From Azolla caroliniana (Eukaryota > Plantae > Polypodiophyta), in contig JBHGNT010000001.1 of NCBI GenBank assembly GCA_043228905.1, positions 14,694,001-14,758,000 of the forward strand: 64,000 nt of DNA, in the 5' to 3' direction. Position 1 is the first letter of the stretch. Each line of letters opens with the position of its first letter. Position numbers and translations under genes: made by a program. This document shows, in pieces, positions 11,827 to 24,740 of this stretch. The notes under the pieces are model-generated. The model ran no database searches. It was not told the DNA's origin and saw only the letters and a list, made by a program, of their open reading frames with translations.

Positions 11827-14800
11827 CCACCCTCTTTGAATTAAAACATCTCTCTCTCTCTTTCTCATTAGTGTATGTTGTCTACTTTCTCTTGTTTAGC
11901 TTAAGCATGCTCTAATCGTCATGTGCCTATCCCTACGCACTCCTTGTTCCGACCATTTGGTCCTAGTAAGATTCATCAATTTTGTGCAAAACTAGTTTCA
12001 AAATGTTTGTTTACATCTAAACTAGGTTTGCTTTATGTAAACGATTACTTGCGGAAGCGTTAGAAAACAGAGAAAGCAGAGAATACACAGAGTACACGGG
12101 AGAGACAGAGAGAGCAGAACATAAAAGCTATATTCAAAACAATATAAACACTCTGTACTTACAACTATGCTCAGTAGCACTATTTATACAAGTCCTCGTG
12201 GGATTGACAAAAGTACCGCGTACTTCAATGCTCACACGAGCATCTGACACTTACTACGAGACTATAACTACCTAGTAGTCTAAACTAATACTAGGCTTCC
12301 GGTTATTGATTGGATCCGGCTAACCGGCTCCCCAGCTCACCGGCTCTGTTGCTTGCCGGCTCGGTTGCTCACTGGCTTACTGATCCGTCTCGCTCACTGG
12401 CTCAGGCTTATCCAGCCGATCTGGCTCCAGTTGAGCTTGCCGCACAACACTCCCCCTCAAGCTCAACTTGAGGTTGGATCCTAGTGTCAGCCTCTGTGGC
12501 AGTTGGTTCTTCCAACCGACTTCTCATGACGTCGCTTTGCCTTGCTCGCGCTCCTCGTCCGGTCCGGTTCTGTTTGCCACGACCCCTCTTGTTCTGCGCA
12601 CCTCGACCTCCTTGGTCGGCTTGTCTGCTTAACAGGCCCAATTCAGCTCCCTTGCTATTGTGACTTCGGCGCGTTCCGGTTCGCCGATTCCTTCGTGTTG
12701 GCATCGACTTTCGCTGCCTTCTCGTCCTCTTGGCCTTGAATTGATCCGGTTCTTCCGAATGTGTCTGTTGAACCGAATCGACTGTCTCCGATTCAGTCCG
12801 ATTTTTGTTTTGGTTCCAAGCCCTTCACCACATCGGACCATGTTTGGGTCTTGGTCTTCTTCCTTCGATCGACTCTGTCCTTCTTGACTCTGCCGCCGCT
12901 GCCGCTTGTTCCAACTTGTTCATACGTGTCGACTTCTCTTGTCAACTCGGGTCCTTTCTTCTTCTTGATTCTCCCTTCCTTAGTTCTTCCCTCACCGGCC
13001 CAATCTGCAGTCTCTTTGCCTTTGCCCATTCCGGTGTCTTTGCCCGTTCTCCCCCAAGTGTGGCACGTGTAGATGCTGAACACCAAGCATTTTGGTGAAG
13101 TGTTGCAACTTGTCCGATCCGAGTGGTTTGGTGAAGATGTCGGCAATTTGCTGATCCGTGTGAACATACCGAAGTTCGACCTCACCGCTCAGGACACACT
13201 CATGGACGAAGTGATAGTGCACTTCTATGTGCTTTGTGCGAGCATGGAATACTGGCTTCTTGGCGAGTTGCATGCTGCTTATGTTGTCGCAATACACCAG
13301 AATCGGGGTCAGTACCTCGATTCGTAGGTCTTGCAGCAGTCGCCGAAGCTATATGGCTTCACAGGTGGCAATGGTAGCGCCCCAATACTTAGCCTTAGTG
13401 CTCGACAAAGCAACTATTGGCTGCTTTTTGCTGCTCCACACAACAGCCGCGCTACCTAGGGAAAACATGTAACTGGGGGTTGATCGGCAATCTGATGCAT
13501 CGCCGGCCTAGTCAGCATATGTGTAACCGACCAACTCTTCGGGTATACCGCGCCGGTATAACAAGTCCCGGTCCTTCATGCCGCTTACGTATAGCAGTAT
13601 CCGTTGTGCGCACTGAAGGTGATCCACGGTCGGCTTCTGCATGAACTGACTTATCTTTCCGACCGGATAGCTGATGTCGGGTCACGTGATAGTCAAGTAA
13701 ATAAGGCTTTCGACAATTTGTCGAAACCGTTTCTCGTTGCAGGCTGGTCTGAATTTGGGACGATGCTTCTGGTTCCGGTCCAAGGGTGTGGAGATAGGTC
13801 GGCATTCTGTCATGCCGAACTTGTACAACATATTCAAGACGTAATGTCGTTGTGAGAGCAATATGCCGTCGGGGGTTCGAATCACCTCGATCCCAAGAAA
13901 ATAATGAAGGTCCCCCAGGTCCTTCATCCCAAATGTGTCCGACAACTGGGACTTGACGCGGTTCACTTTTGGAAGACCCGGTCCGGTGATGACTAAATCA
14001 TCAACATACAACAGGATACATACCGGACCGGCTGAGCCTTGCCGGATGAACAACGAAGAGTCGGACTTGGAGGCCGCAAGCCCCATCTTACGCAACCGGT
14101 GCGTGATCTTCGCATTCCAAGCTCGAGGGGCTTGCTTCAGGCCGTACAACGACTTCTTGAGCCGGCATACCGCCGACTTGTTCATCTCTGATTGAAAACT
14201 GGTGGGCTGAGTCATAAAGACTTCTTCTTCAAGATCACCCTGAAGAAACGCATTCTTCACATCCATCTGGTGAAGATGCCACCCCCTTGCTGTAGCAACC
14301 GCCAGCATCACACGAACCGTCGTCATCTTCGCTACTTGAGCGAAGGTCTCGTCGTAGTCGATTCCGTGGGTCTGCGTGTATCCCTTTGCCACTAACCAGG
14401 TCTTGAACCGGTTAACTGAACCGTCAGCGTTGTACTTTACCTTGTACACCCACTTGCATCTGATCGGTTTACAGTGACGGGGAGGGTCAACTAGGTCCCA
14501 TGTCTTGTTGACATCAACTTCCCGCATTTCTTCCTCCATAGCGGCTCTCCGGCTCACGCACTTCCGCCACCTTAGTCATGTACGCATAGTGATGCGCCAT
14601 GTACTCATTGTACCCGTACCGCTTGACGGGATCCTTCTGGCGGGTGGACCGGCGTAACTCACCGTTACCCGGTTTGAGGCCCTTGTTGGCCAGTTTGGTC
14701 TTCATTGCCGAAGATCCGCCTTTCTCCTTGCCGGAGTCGGACGTACACCGATCCGACTCATCGTAGAGCACGGCAGAGTCTCCACTACTTGCCGGTTCCT

Positions 14801-15852
14801 CATCGGACTGGTCAGATTGACTCAGTCTCTCGTTCGGCCCGGTGAATCGAAACGATTCCGGACTCTCATCCTGAGTCCACGCTTCATCATCATCTACGTG
14901 GGCCGGTTTAGGCTCACTAGCCTCATCCTCTAGCATCGGGTCGGATTCGGAAGTCAGAGTCAGTACGGTGTACGACGATGCCGATTCATCGAACTCGACA
15001 TCTCGACTAACTCGAACCTGCTTTGTTCGGGGGTTATAACACTTATAACCCTTTTGCTCTTGAGCATAGCCGACTAGGATGCATTTTTCCGATTTTGCAT
15101 CCAACTTCCTCCGCTTCTCATCCGGTACATGCACATATGCAATGCTACCGAAGATCTTAAGGTGTCTCAAATTCGGCTTGTGCCCGAAATACAACTCGTG
15201 AGCTGACACCTTGTCACCGATCCGGTTCTGGATGTAGACAACCGTTCAGACAGCCTCCGCTCAGTAGAATTTGGGCATGCCCTTCTCCTCCAGCATTGCC
15301 CTTGCCGCATCAATAAGCGACCGGTTCTTCCTTTCGGCAACACTGTTCTGTTGCGGTGTGTATCTGCAGCTGAACTCTCACCGAATTTCCTTTTGCTACA
15401 GATAACTGTTGAATTGGCCGGAAAAGTATTCTTTTCCGCCATCCGATCGCAGGAATTTGATCTTCCTCTCCGCTTCCCGTTCCACCATGCTTTGGAGACT
15501 CCGGAAACACTCAAAGACTTCACTCTTCCGCTCAATGAGGTAGATCCATGTGTGCCGCGTATAGTCGTCGATGAAGGAGACGAAATATCGACTCTTGCCA
15601 AGACTAACATTCTGTGCCAGTCCCCACACATCCGAATGGATAAGATCGAGCTTTTTACGGCTCCGGTTACGTTCGGTAGGGAATGGAAGCCGGTGTTGCT
15701 TCTCGAGTTGGCAGGCTTCATATACTTGGGCCTTCCGGCCGTTGAACTTTGGCAAACCAAAAACAACTTGTTTCGCTTGCAGGTCTTGAAGCCTCCGGTA
15801 ATTGACGTGGCCTATCCGCTTGTGCCACAAGTCGATGTCCGATTCGACCTTC

Positions 15853-18800
15853 AACACCGGGTCATTTGAAACAGGTAATATGTCGCATTCTCTTTTTCAT
15901 ATCTTAGTGAGATGTTAAAAAATGCCTTATTTAAGCAGAATTTCAACAAGGCACGACGCATGTGTATGTGGTTTATGAAAACATAGCGAAAAAAAGAACT
16001 AACTAATATCACGTCAACAAAATCATCTAACGTATATTCTATCTACCATGTTTTTGTCCAAATCTTAGACAGGGGTGTATTTGTCAACACAAGTATAATA
16101 GTAACACGGGTCCTTGTGCATATTCTAAAAAGCATGCCCCATTGAATAAGTGACTTCTTCTAATTATGTGTGTATATTTAAATATAATACATCTTAAAGC
16201 AAATTGTGAACCTTGCAATTAAGAGATACTACTATGTCAAGAGAAAATTTCCATTGACACGTGATACATGACACTGTCAATGTATAAATAAACTAGTCTA
16301 CAATAACATTCCAATCATACGAGTAAATGATAGAGTATAAACTTATCTCCGATATACCCCAAATGATAAAGGAGAGTTTAGATAACATGTACACATACAA
16401 GTATACTTAATTTCTAGGTTCGATGATTGTTACACGAAAATTATAAGTAAGCTCAACTTATATATTACGTCAAAATTTAACAATTCATATTGTTCAAAAT
16501 TTACAATAAGCCATAACCATTCAATCGAATAATAAGTCTGGTAAAGCCGTCTACTCAGGATTAGCTCTTTCATCAGGATTGTCCTCATTGGCTTCGTCAG
16601 TACGCTAAGTTGAATTGTTAGTATGTTCAGACTCTGAAACGTCTTCTAATTCAACAAGTTGCCCTGCGTCTTCATCTATAGTTCCACAAGTTTTCTAAAA
16701 GTCATCTGGAACATCTAAGTTTTATTGATATGCTTTGCCCCAACTTCTTGGTCTTGATCAGGACAACCCCAGATACCTTGGATCCTCATTTTGATGACAT
16801 TAACTTGCTCAAGGTCCTTCTCTAATGCAACAGAGTTCCTGATAATCTTTAAGGCATATGTTTTAGTAGTACATGACAGTAGAATGAAATTGCACAAGTA
16901 ACATCAAATTGAAGAATAGAATATAACGTTAATCTAAATTGATGTAAGTTTTATATTATATACCTGTGTCAGAAAACTAATCTAAAACCCATTGAAAATT
17001 TGAAACAATAAAATTTGAAAAAATAAAAAATCTTCGATTTTTAATTGGAATCCAATGCGATGCACTAGATTTCAGTTGAAAATCCAAGTTTTTTTTTTTT
17101 GTAATTTTTAAAATTTTTTCCATTAAAAAATAAAAAATGGATTTTCAGCTAAAATACTATGCACTACATTATATTTTAGTATATATAGCTAGAATCTAAT
17201 GCAATGCGTTGGATTAGAGTCGAAAATCCATTTTTCTTTTTTCTTTTTCCAATGTTATTTATTTATTTATTTTCCATATAAAAAAATAATAAACGGCTTT
17301 TCAACTGAAATCCGATACACTACATCAGATCGTAGTCTATATAGCTAGACATTGATGCATTGCATCAGATTTTAGCTCGCAATCCTCTTTCTTTTCAATT
17401 GTTTTTCATTTTTTCAAAAAATAAATAAAAATATATTAAAAAAGTGGATTTTCAACTGAAATCTAATGCACTACATCGAATTTCAATTAAAAATCCAAAT
17501 TTCTTTTAGGTTTTTCATAAAACAATGAGATAATAAAAAAATATTACATTTTCAACAAAATCTGAACCATTGAGTCGGATTTCAATTGCAAATTAATGTT
17601 TTATGAAAAAACATAACAAAAATATTGGACTTTCAACGGAAATCCGATGCAATGCATCGGATTTCTGTTGAAACTCAGTGATTTTGAACGGAAATCCGAT
17701 GCAGTGCATCGGATTTCCATTGAAAATCTTGTTGAAAATGATGTGTTTCATCGGATTCCCGTTGAAAACACATCATTTTAAATGGAGAAAATCACAATTT
17801 GTTTATTTTTAACACTTTTTTAGAGAAAAATATAAACAAATAAGAAAATTTGTAAACAAACAAGAAAAAGTGGACTTTCAATGGAAATCCGATGCAGTGC
17901 ATCGGATTTCCGTTGAAAATCCATATTTTTCAATTCCTATATATTTATTTATGATAAAAACAAAAACAATTCAAAACAAATACAAATTCAAATTCAAAAT
18001 ATCTGAAAAATTGGAAACAAATAAGACAAAATGGATTTTCAATAGAAATCTGATGTAGTGGATCGGATTTTTGTTGAAAACCCATTTTTTGCAATTTTTA
18101 TTTATTTATTTATGGGAAAAAATGAAAACAAATTTAAAAAATACAAAAAAATATTTTAAAATATGAAAATTTGGTAACAAATAGCAAAAAGTGGACTTTC
18201 AATACAAATCCGATGCAATGCATCGGATTTCCTTTGAAAATTCATTTTTTCAATTTCTATATAGTTATTTATGAGAAAATAGACAAACAAAATACCCAAA
18301 AAATTGTAAAAACTATGAAAATTTGGAAAAAAATAAGAAAAAGTGGATTTTCTATGGAAATCCGATGCAGTGCATCGGATTTCCATTGAAAGTCCACTTT
18401 TTGCTATTTGTTACCAAATTTTCATATTTTAAAATATTTTTTTGCGGATTTCCATTGAAAATTTAGTTTTTCAATATTTATTTATTTTTTATAGAAAAAA
18501 TTCAGAAAAATTCAAAAAAATTCAATAAAAAAATAAAATTTGGAAAAAAATACGTAAAAGTGGACTTTCAACCAAAATCCGATGCAGTGCATCGGATTTC
18601 CGTTGAAAATCCATTTTTTCAATTTTTATTTATTTTTTTATGGGAAAAATAAAAACAAATTCAAAAACAATTCAAAAAATAAGAAAATTTTCAAAAAAAT
18701 AATAGAAATTGGATTTTCAATTGAATCCGATGCATGGATTGGATTTCCATTGAAATCTAATTTTTCAATTTTTATTTATTTATTTATGAGTAAAATAAAA

Positions 18801-19840
18801 AATGTTTATTTATTTATTTATGGGAAAATGTTTTATTTTTTCAATTTGTATTTATTTATGTATTTTCTGGAAATCCATGCAATGTATCATATTGTAGTCT
18901 ATGTAGCTAGAATTCAATGCAATGCATTAAAATGCAAGAGTATTTTTTTAATGGAATTTTTAAAAAAAATTCCAAGACTTACAGGAATCTGATGCATTAT
19001 ATCCAATTCTAGATGTATAGAGTAAAATTCGACATGTTGCGTCAAATCTAGATGGAATGAATCGGATTTCTGTATGACATCAAAGGCTTACTAAGAGAAT
19101 CTAAGAAAAATGGAAAACATCTTTAAGACATTTTTTAGATTCTAATGATTTTGGTAGAAAGCTTCTCTCACATAATCTAATCTTGTAAATGGAAAGTACA
19201 TAATGAAATATCATAACCAAAAAGTGAGGAGGAAAGATGCATCAAGCACATCTACTCTTACATTGGATAATGTTTATATATTAGTGTATGACTTATCTTT
19301 GACCAAAACAAGTTATCTGTGACAGACTACAATGAAGATACTAAAAGAGGATCTGGAATGTGGCTTCAGACACAACACAAAGACAAACAAGAAGCATGAC
19401 TCATAAACTCGATGAGGTTGGATTGCAATTGGATCAACACAATGCATTAGTTGCCATTGATGATGAGGATGAGACCTCATAAACTCGTACTAGTTCATCT
19501 AATGGGTATGAAGATGATGACATAAACTTGAAAAATGATTGTCCTGATACGTTAACTATAAATATTGTATTGCACATCAAGATTTGGATTCAGAATTTCT
19601 ATAAATATTGGGGTTAGTCATTTTGGACATTCATTTGTAAGTTTGGCATGTCCATTATTTAGGCATTTTTTTGAACACCTAAATTTCCGTACATGTTAAA
19701 AATCAATATATTTTTGGGTCATTTTTAAAATTCCTTTACGCATGCGGCACCCCTTTTTGTGAATCACCCTAATTTGTGTCATTTTTTGATGGACAGTTCT
19801 CAAAATGCGACATATTACCTGTTTCAAATGTCCCGGTGTT
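15853..19840. mobile_element. Non-autonomous TIR DNA transposon, superfamily unassigned
   Basis: 37-bp TIRs AACACCGGG(T/A)CATTTGAAACAGGTAATATGTCGCATT (1 mismatch). 4-bp TSD CTTC at 15849-52 and 19841-44. Removing the element restores the Copia KGQK|VESDIDLWH. Confidence 0.9.
17030..19075. repeat. Array of ~18-20 palindromic ~53-bp units separated by AT-rich spacers
   Basis: Consensus TGGA(C/T)TTTCAA(C/T)GGAAATCCGATGCA-N-TGCATCGGATTTCC(G/A)TTGAAAATCCA. Best copies at 17626, 17680, 17870, 18190, 18343 and 18560. Confidence 0.9.
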
Positions 19841-22800
19841 CTTCTGTCCTTTTGCCGACATCATTGGTGTCGAGGATAAACATCCTCCCGTCTCTGCACC
19901 CTTGTGCAATAATCTGGCCCTCTTCCTCGATGAAGCACCCGAGGTGCGTAAACCGCACCTGCATCCCTTGGTCGACGATCTGTCCGACCGACACCAGGTT
20001 CTTCGTGATTGTCAGAACGTGTAATACGTTCATCAACTTCCCCTTCTGTCTGACGTGGCTCAAAGGGACTTCTCTGACGTGCACGATTGGGTGAGGAGTG
20101 TTGTCTCCGGTTTCGACTACTTCTGGTTGATCCTGTTTCTCCAAAAAGGAGAACCACTCTTTGTGGCTCGTCATGTGGTTCGACGCACCAGAATCAACAT
20201 ACCACACTTCCTCCGATTTGGAAGTGGTCTTCTTCATCAAGTTCGCCTCGTGCTTCATCACCAAGGTTGGCCCGTTACCGTTCTTGGATCCTCCTGATCC
20301 CTTCGCGTAGTGCGAGCTTTGCCGACCATCCTTGCCGGCCTTTCCGGATCCGGATTTGTCCGAATCAGCGCGTTTTCACCAGCACTCGCTTTCTCTGTGG
20401 CCCTTTTTGCCATAGTACCAGCATTCCGTTGTAGTCTTCTCTTGCCATCTTCCGGTGCCGCCATGACTCCCCTTGCTCTCGGAGGGTCTGGAACTACTAT
20501 CACACGTTCTCTGTGCCTTTGTTCCTAGGCTTGCCGGCCGCCTTCATTGCATGCCAACCCGCCTCGTCCACCACGCCCACGGGACCGATCCACTTCCGTG
20601 TACAACATCCGGCTGTCAATGGGTGCGCTAGTTGACGCACTGGCGTGGTTCTCCTCTACAAGGAGCATCGACTGTAAGTCGAAAAAGGATGGCGTATTCT
20701 CCCTTGTACATACCGCCGTTCAGAACGCTCTGAACTTAGACGACAGACCCCCAAGACAGACTTGTACCATCTCGTCTTCCTCTATGATAACGTTGATAGA
20801 GGCAAGCGAGTCACATATCTCTTTGATCCGGGCCGTGTAATCCGCCACCGACATGTCCTTCTATCAGACATTGCTCAACTCCTGTCAGAGTTGCAGTTTC
20901 CGGGCTATAGTGCTCGCGGCGAAAACCTTCTTCAAGTTTCCCCAAGCCTCCTTCGGCGTCTTGGCGTCTCGAATGTGGCTCAGCAGCTGGTCTCCGACAC
21001 TGGACGCAAAGCAGTCCATCACTCTGCTTGCCGATTGTTCCCACACTAGGAAATCCTTATGTGCCGCATTAGGTGCTATTTCGTTGGCTCCTTCGACGAA
21101 ACTCCAATAGCCATGCCTAAGCAGGTACTGGTGCATCTTGTACGACCAAGATGCGTAGTTGGATCTGTCGAGTTTCTTCACAGGAAGCGAGCTAGTGATT
21201 CCTCTATCCATCACTTCTCTGTCTGTTGTTCTTACGACCTGTTAGGGTTTGCTTTCAAGTGTTTGTCAGCTGTAGAGGTTCTCAACCCTCGCACTCTGAT
21301 ACCATGTAAACGATTACTTGCGGAAGCGTTAGAAAACAGAGAAAGCAGAGAATACACAGAGTACACGGGAGAGACAGAGAGAGTAGAACGTAAAAGCTAT
21401 ATTCAAAACAATATAACCACTTTGTACTTACAACTATGCTTAGTAGCACTATTTATACAAGTCCTCGTGGGACTGACAAAAGTACCGCGTACTTCAATGC
21501 TCACACGAGCATCTGACACTTACTGCGAGACTATAACTGCCTAGTAGTCTAAACTAATACTAGGCTTCCAGTTACCGATTAGATCCGGCTAACCGGCTCC
21601 CCAGCTCACTAGCTCTGTTGCTTGCCGGCTCGGTTGCTCACTGGCTTACTGATCCGTCTTGCTCACCAGCTCAGGCTTATCCAGCCGATCCGGCTCCAGT
21701 TGAGCTTGCCGCTCAACACTTTACCTCGAATTTACAAGATGGTGTGTGACTATTTAGCAATACCAGCATCATCAGTGCCTTCAAAGGAGGCTAATTCTGA
21801 AGCAAAATATAACTTTGAAGATAGAATTCATCTACAATCATGCACTTTCAAGGCTGAAATGTGCATTAGGTCATGGTTGGATATCCTTAATGAATGTTTC
21901 ATTACCTGAAGACTTTAGTGAAGCGTATAATAAGTTGGATATAGATGTGGAAGACATTGCTATGGAGGATGATGTAGTGGACTATATGTTGAGTCAAATT
22001 AGAACATGTGCTTAATTGCCTATATATTTCTTTTTAATTTCGAACATTATACTTTCATACTCTTGTCATTCATATTTATAAAATATCACGGGATTTTTTG
22101 GTATTTTTTAAAGTCTACATCTTTTATGAATTTTAATGTTTTTAATGCTTCGTATTTAGTTATTTGTTTAATTATTTGACAATTTAACTTAATTGAGCTT
22201 TTAGATAGGTGAATTTCAAAAGTTGATTGAGGCTATCAATGCGCGGCTTTAGGAAGGCCGATTACTTTACAATCAATCCTTGTTTCTTAGAAGTAAAAAC
22301 AAATATGACTACTCATTATTTTCCCCTTTGTGTAGAGAGGAATCAGATTATAATTGCTAAGAATGGAGCAAAAAAATTACTAGCTTATATATAGCTAAGG
22401 ATGTAGTAGACAAACAAACACGGCGTATGGTGGTTGGAGCAAGTCTAGCGAATCTTTGTAGGAATGATAAAGTTGTGGACTTTTAAAAAAAGTAAGCTTT
22501 CAATGTTTGGAATTCCGTTAGACAATTGACACTCTTTGATTACAGCACATGGTTGAATTGTAATTGAAAAGAGTGATATTATCATGCAGCTGAATTGCAG
22601 TCGAAATCGAGACATGAAGTTACCATTAAAACACTCTTGGGGATGTTTAGGACACTCAGATGTACAATATCAGGTTGCTCGTGGAATCGCCAACTTTCCT
22701 AAATGTGAATCACATCAAGTTGTACAAGCTGAGACTCATTTTGTTTTTTCGGCTTATTCTAGTTTATGCTATCACGTCAATGTCCATAAGTTTGACGATC

Positions 22801-23745
22801 TAAATGAAGGAAAAGGGTATCATTTTCTTTTAAATAGTGTTTGAGATTCATTACGGTCATCAATTTTGTTGATTGATTTGGTCATTTTTATTAAATCTAA
22901 CATAGAAGACTTCACAAAGGCCAGGGCCTTCAAAGAGCTAGCTCGAATATCGACAGAGAGTGATCGTGAGGACATTCGTGATTGTACATATTGAGCTATT
23001 TGTGCCAATCGAAGACTACAAGCAAAGCTTACAAAGTTGAGAACCCCATCTTTTTTATTGTTCATAGGACACAAATATATATCTTAGCATGTCAATATTG
23101 TAGATAATGATCCAATGATCTTGTAATATTTGAATCTATATTCAAATTATAGAAGCCTCATTTTTATTCTAGATGTATGATCCCACAAGCAAAGCTTGCA
23201 ATTATCTAGAAGGTAGAGTTCATACTACATTGAGCTCCTATAATGGAGATTATGAAAAAGCAAAATTCGTAAATACATTAGTGTAAGTTATATTGTTTTG
23301 GCTCCTATTATAGTAAGATTTCCTCCATGAGATACCTCTTTGCTAACATTTTGTAATTTTTGTGAAAAAACTAGTGAAGTTTATTTTAGGTCTCCAAACT
23401 CCAATTAAGTTTTGTACCATTCTTTATTATGGAACCTTTTATTTATTGTTATATGCCATAATTTGATTCATAATGCATTGAGAAAAAAGATTAATAATTT
23501 GTTTTATACCAAAACCAAAACCAAACCGTGAAACTGCGGTTTAACAAGTTTAACGGTTTAATGGTTCTAGTACTTCTAGAACCATTTGGTTCCGGTTTGA
23601 ATTTTGTGTAAACGGTTCAGTTTCAATGGTTTTGGATTAGACGGTTTTGTGGTTCGGTTTAGGTTATAACTTTTTCTTAAGAGTTCGGTTTGAACCGGTT
23701 TGGGTTTGAGACTTCCGAACCGAACCGAACCATTGCCGATTGTTA

Positions 23746-24740
23746 ACGAGAACATTGTCTTTATGCAAAACTCGAAAAGTGTAGTTTTGATTGTAAACAG
23801 GTGGAATTTCTAGGCTATATCATCTCCTCCGAATGAATCTCTATGGATCCAACTAAGGTCGAAACGGTGTTAGAGTGGCAAGCTTCACGATCGGTGCGAG
23901 ATATGCAATGTTTTCTAGGATTCACAATTTCTATCACAAGTTTATACAAGACTACTCAAAGATTATTTTGCCTTTTACACAACTCACAAAGAAAGGGAAA
24001 TCATTTATTTGGACTAATGAAGCGGATATTGCTTTTGTGAATCTCAAGAAAGCATTTACATCGGCTCCTATTCTAGCTCATGTTGATCTGCAAAAACCAT
24101 TTATTATGGAAGTAGAAGCGTCAGATTTTGCACTTCGTAGTATTTTGTCACAACAAGGCGTCGATGAGAAGCTACATCCCATGCCTTTCCACTCATGCAA
24201 GTTTGACACTGCCGAAATCAACTATGAAGTACATGACAAGAAACTATTAATGATAGTGGATTCCTTTGCACAATGACGGCATTTTCTAGAAGGATTTCCT
24301 CATCAGATCACTGTATTCAGTGATCACAAGAACCTCGCCAATTTCCAGAATGCTCGTGTATTAAACAGACGACAAGCTTGGTGGACCCAATTCCTCACTC
24401 ATTTCAACTTCAAGATTATATTTTGTCTAGGCAAGCAACAAGGGAAGGCAAATGCATTATCACGACGCTCGTATCCACCACCTCGTCCTGGTGATCCGAC
24501 CTTGGGTCTTGGACGGCTTAAAGCAACTTTAATTTTTGATACTCCATTGGATTCCAACATTATTGATACAATATGCCAAGATCTGAAGATAGATGCCTTT
24601 GCTCAAGATATCCTAGATCAGATTGATCCCACTCAAGCATCCTGTTCACGGTCACAACAACTAGGTACGGATTATCAACAATTTAAATGGCATGATGGAT
24701 TACTCTTCTTTCAAAATCTTTTGTATGTTCCCAATTTTTA
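23746..24740 (+). mobile_element. Tcn1-like element C, RT/RNase H fragment
   Basis: [36 protein letters not shown]. Collinear with element A 2540-3430. Confidence 0.85.

Larger units (their letters stand above)
10583..11965 (+). mobile_element. 5'-truncated Penelope-like retroelement (RT + thumb, 3' tandem repeats, hammerhead)
   Basis: YLTFDGVVYQQIKGTAMGSNFS, YIDD (10728), LPFLDIWI, YQYLPFSSDHP..K, and RGYPP are PLE-type RT motifs. No GIY-YIG domain is visible downstream. Confidence 0.8.
12036..21718 (-). mobile_element. Complete Ty1/copia LTR retrotransposon (GC-rich), interrupted by a TIR element
   Basis: Two 414-bp TG..CA LTRs (12036-12449, 21305-21718). TSD CTTTA on both sides. Met PBS TGGTATCAGAG at 21294-21304 and PPT GAGGGGGAG at 12450-12458. 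Contains gag (21214), PR WYVDSGAS, IN, RT QMDVKNAFL/YVDD and RNase H HARTKHIEVHYH. Confidence 0.95.
9090..22015 (+). pseudogene. hAT transposase (split: ~9090-10347, 10440-10582, ~11966-12035, 21719-22015)
   Basis: BED finger CSHC...KHLLEKH, ITFDGWS, RCMVHVFQL and FLDPR, then a probable GT-AG intron at ~10348-10439. Dimerization domain LPRIYKMVCDYLAIPASSVPS resumes exactly after the Copia TSD. Confidence 0.85.
7566..23745 (+). mobile_element. hAT DNA transposon (5' end lost), interrupted by a PLE and a Copia
   Basis: Split transposase (next feature). Dense AACCG/CGGTT subterminal motifs at 23510-23735 end at about ...TTGCCGATTGTTA (23745). The left boundary is uncertain. Confidence 0.7.

Noticed and set aside
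17030-19075. CRISPR array
   Set aside because: Eukaryotic TE context, no cas genes; spacers are long, irregular, low-complexity and related to each other; repeats are degenerate.
15853-19840. CACTA or Transib element (CAC.. near the ends)
   Set aside because: With CAC as terminus the flanks (AA/TT) are not duplicated; only AACACC ends give a TSD and restore the host sequence.
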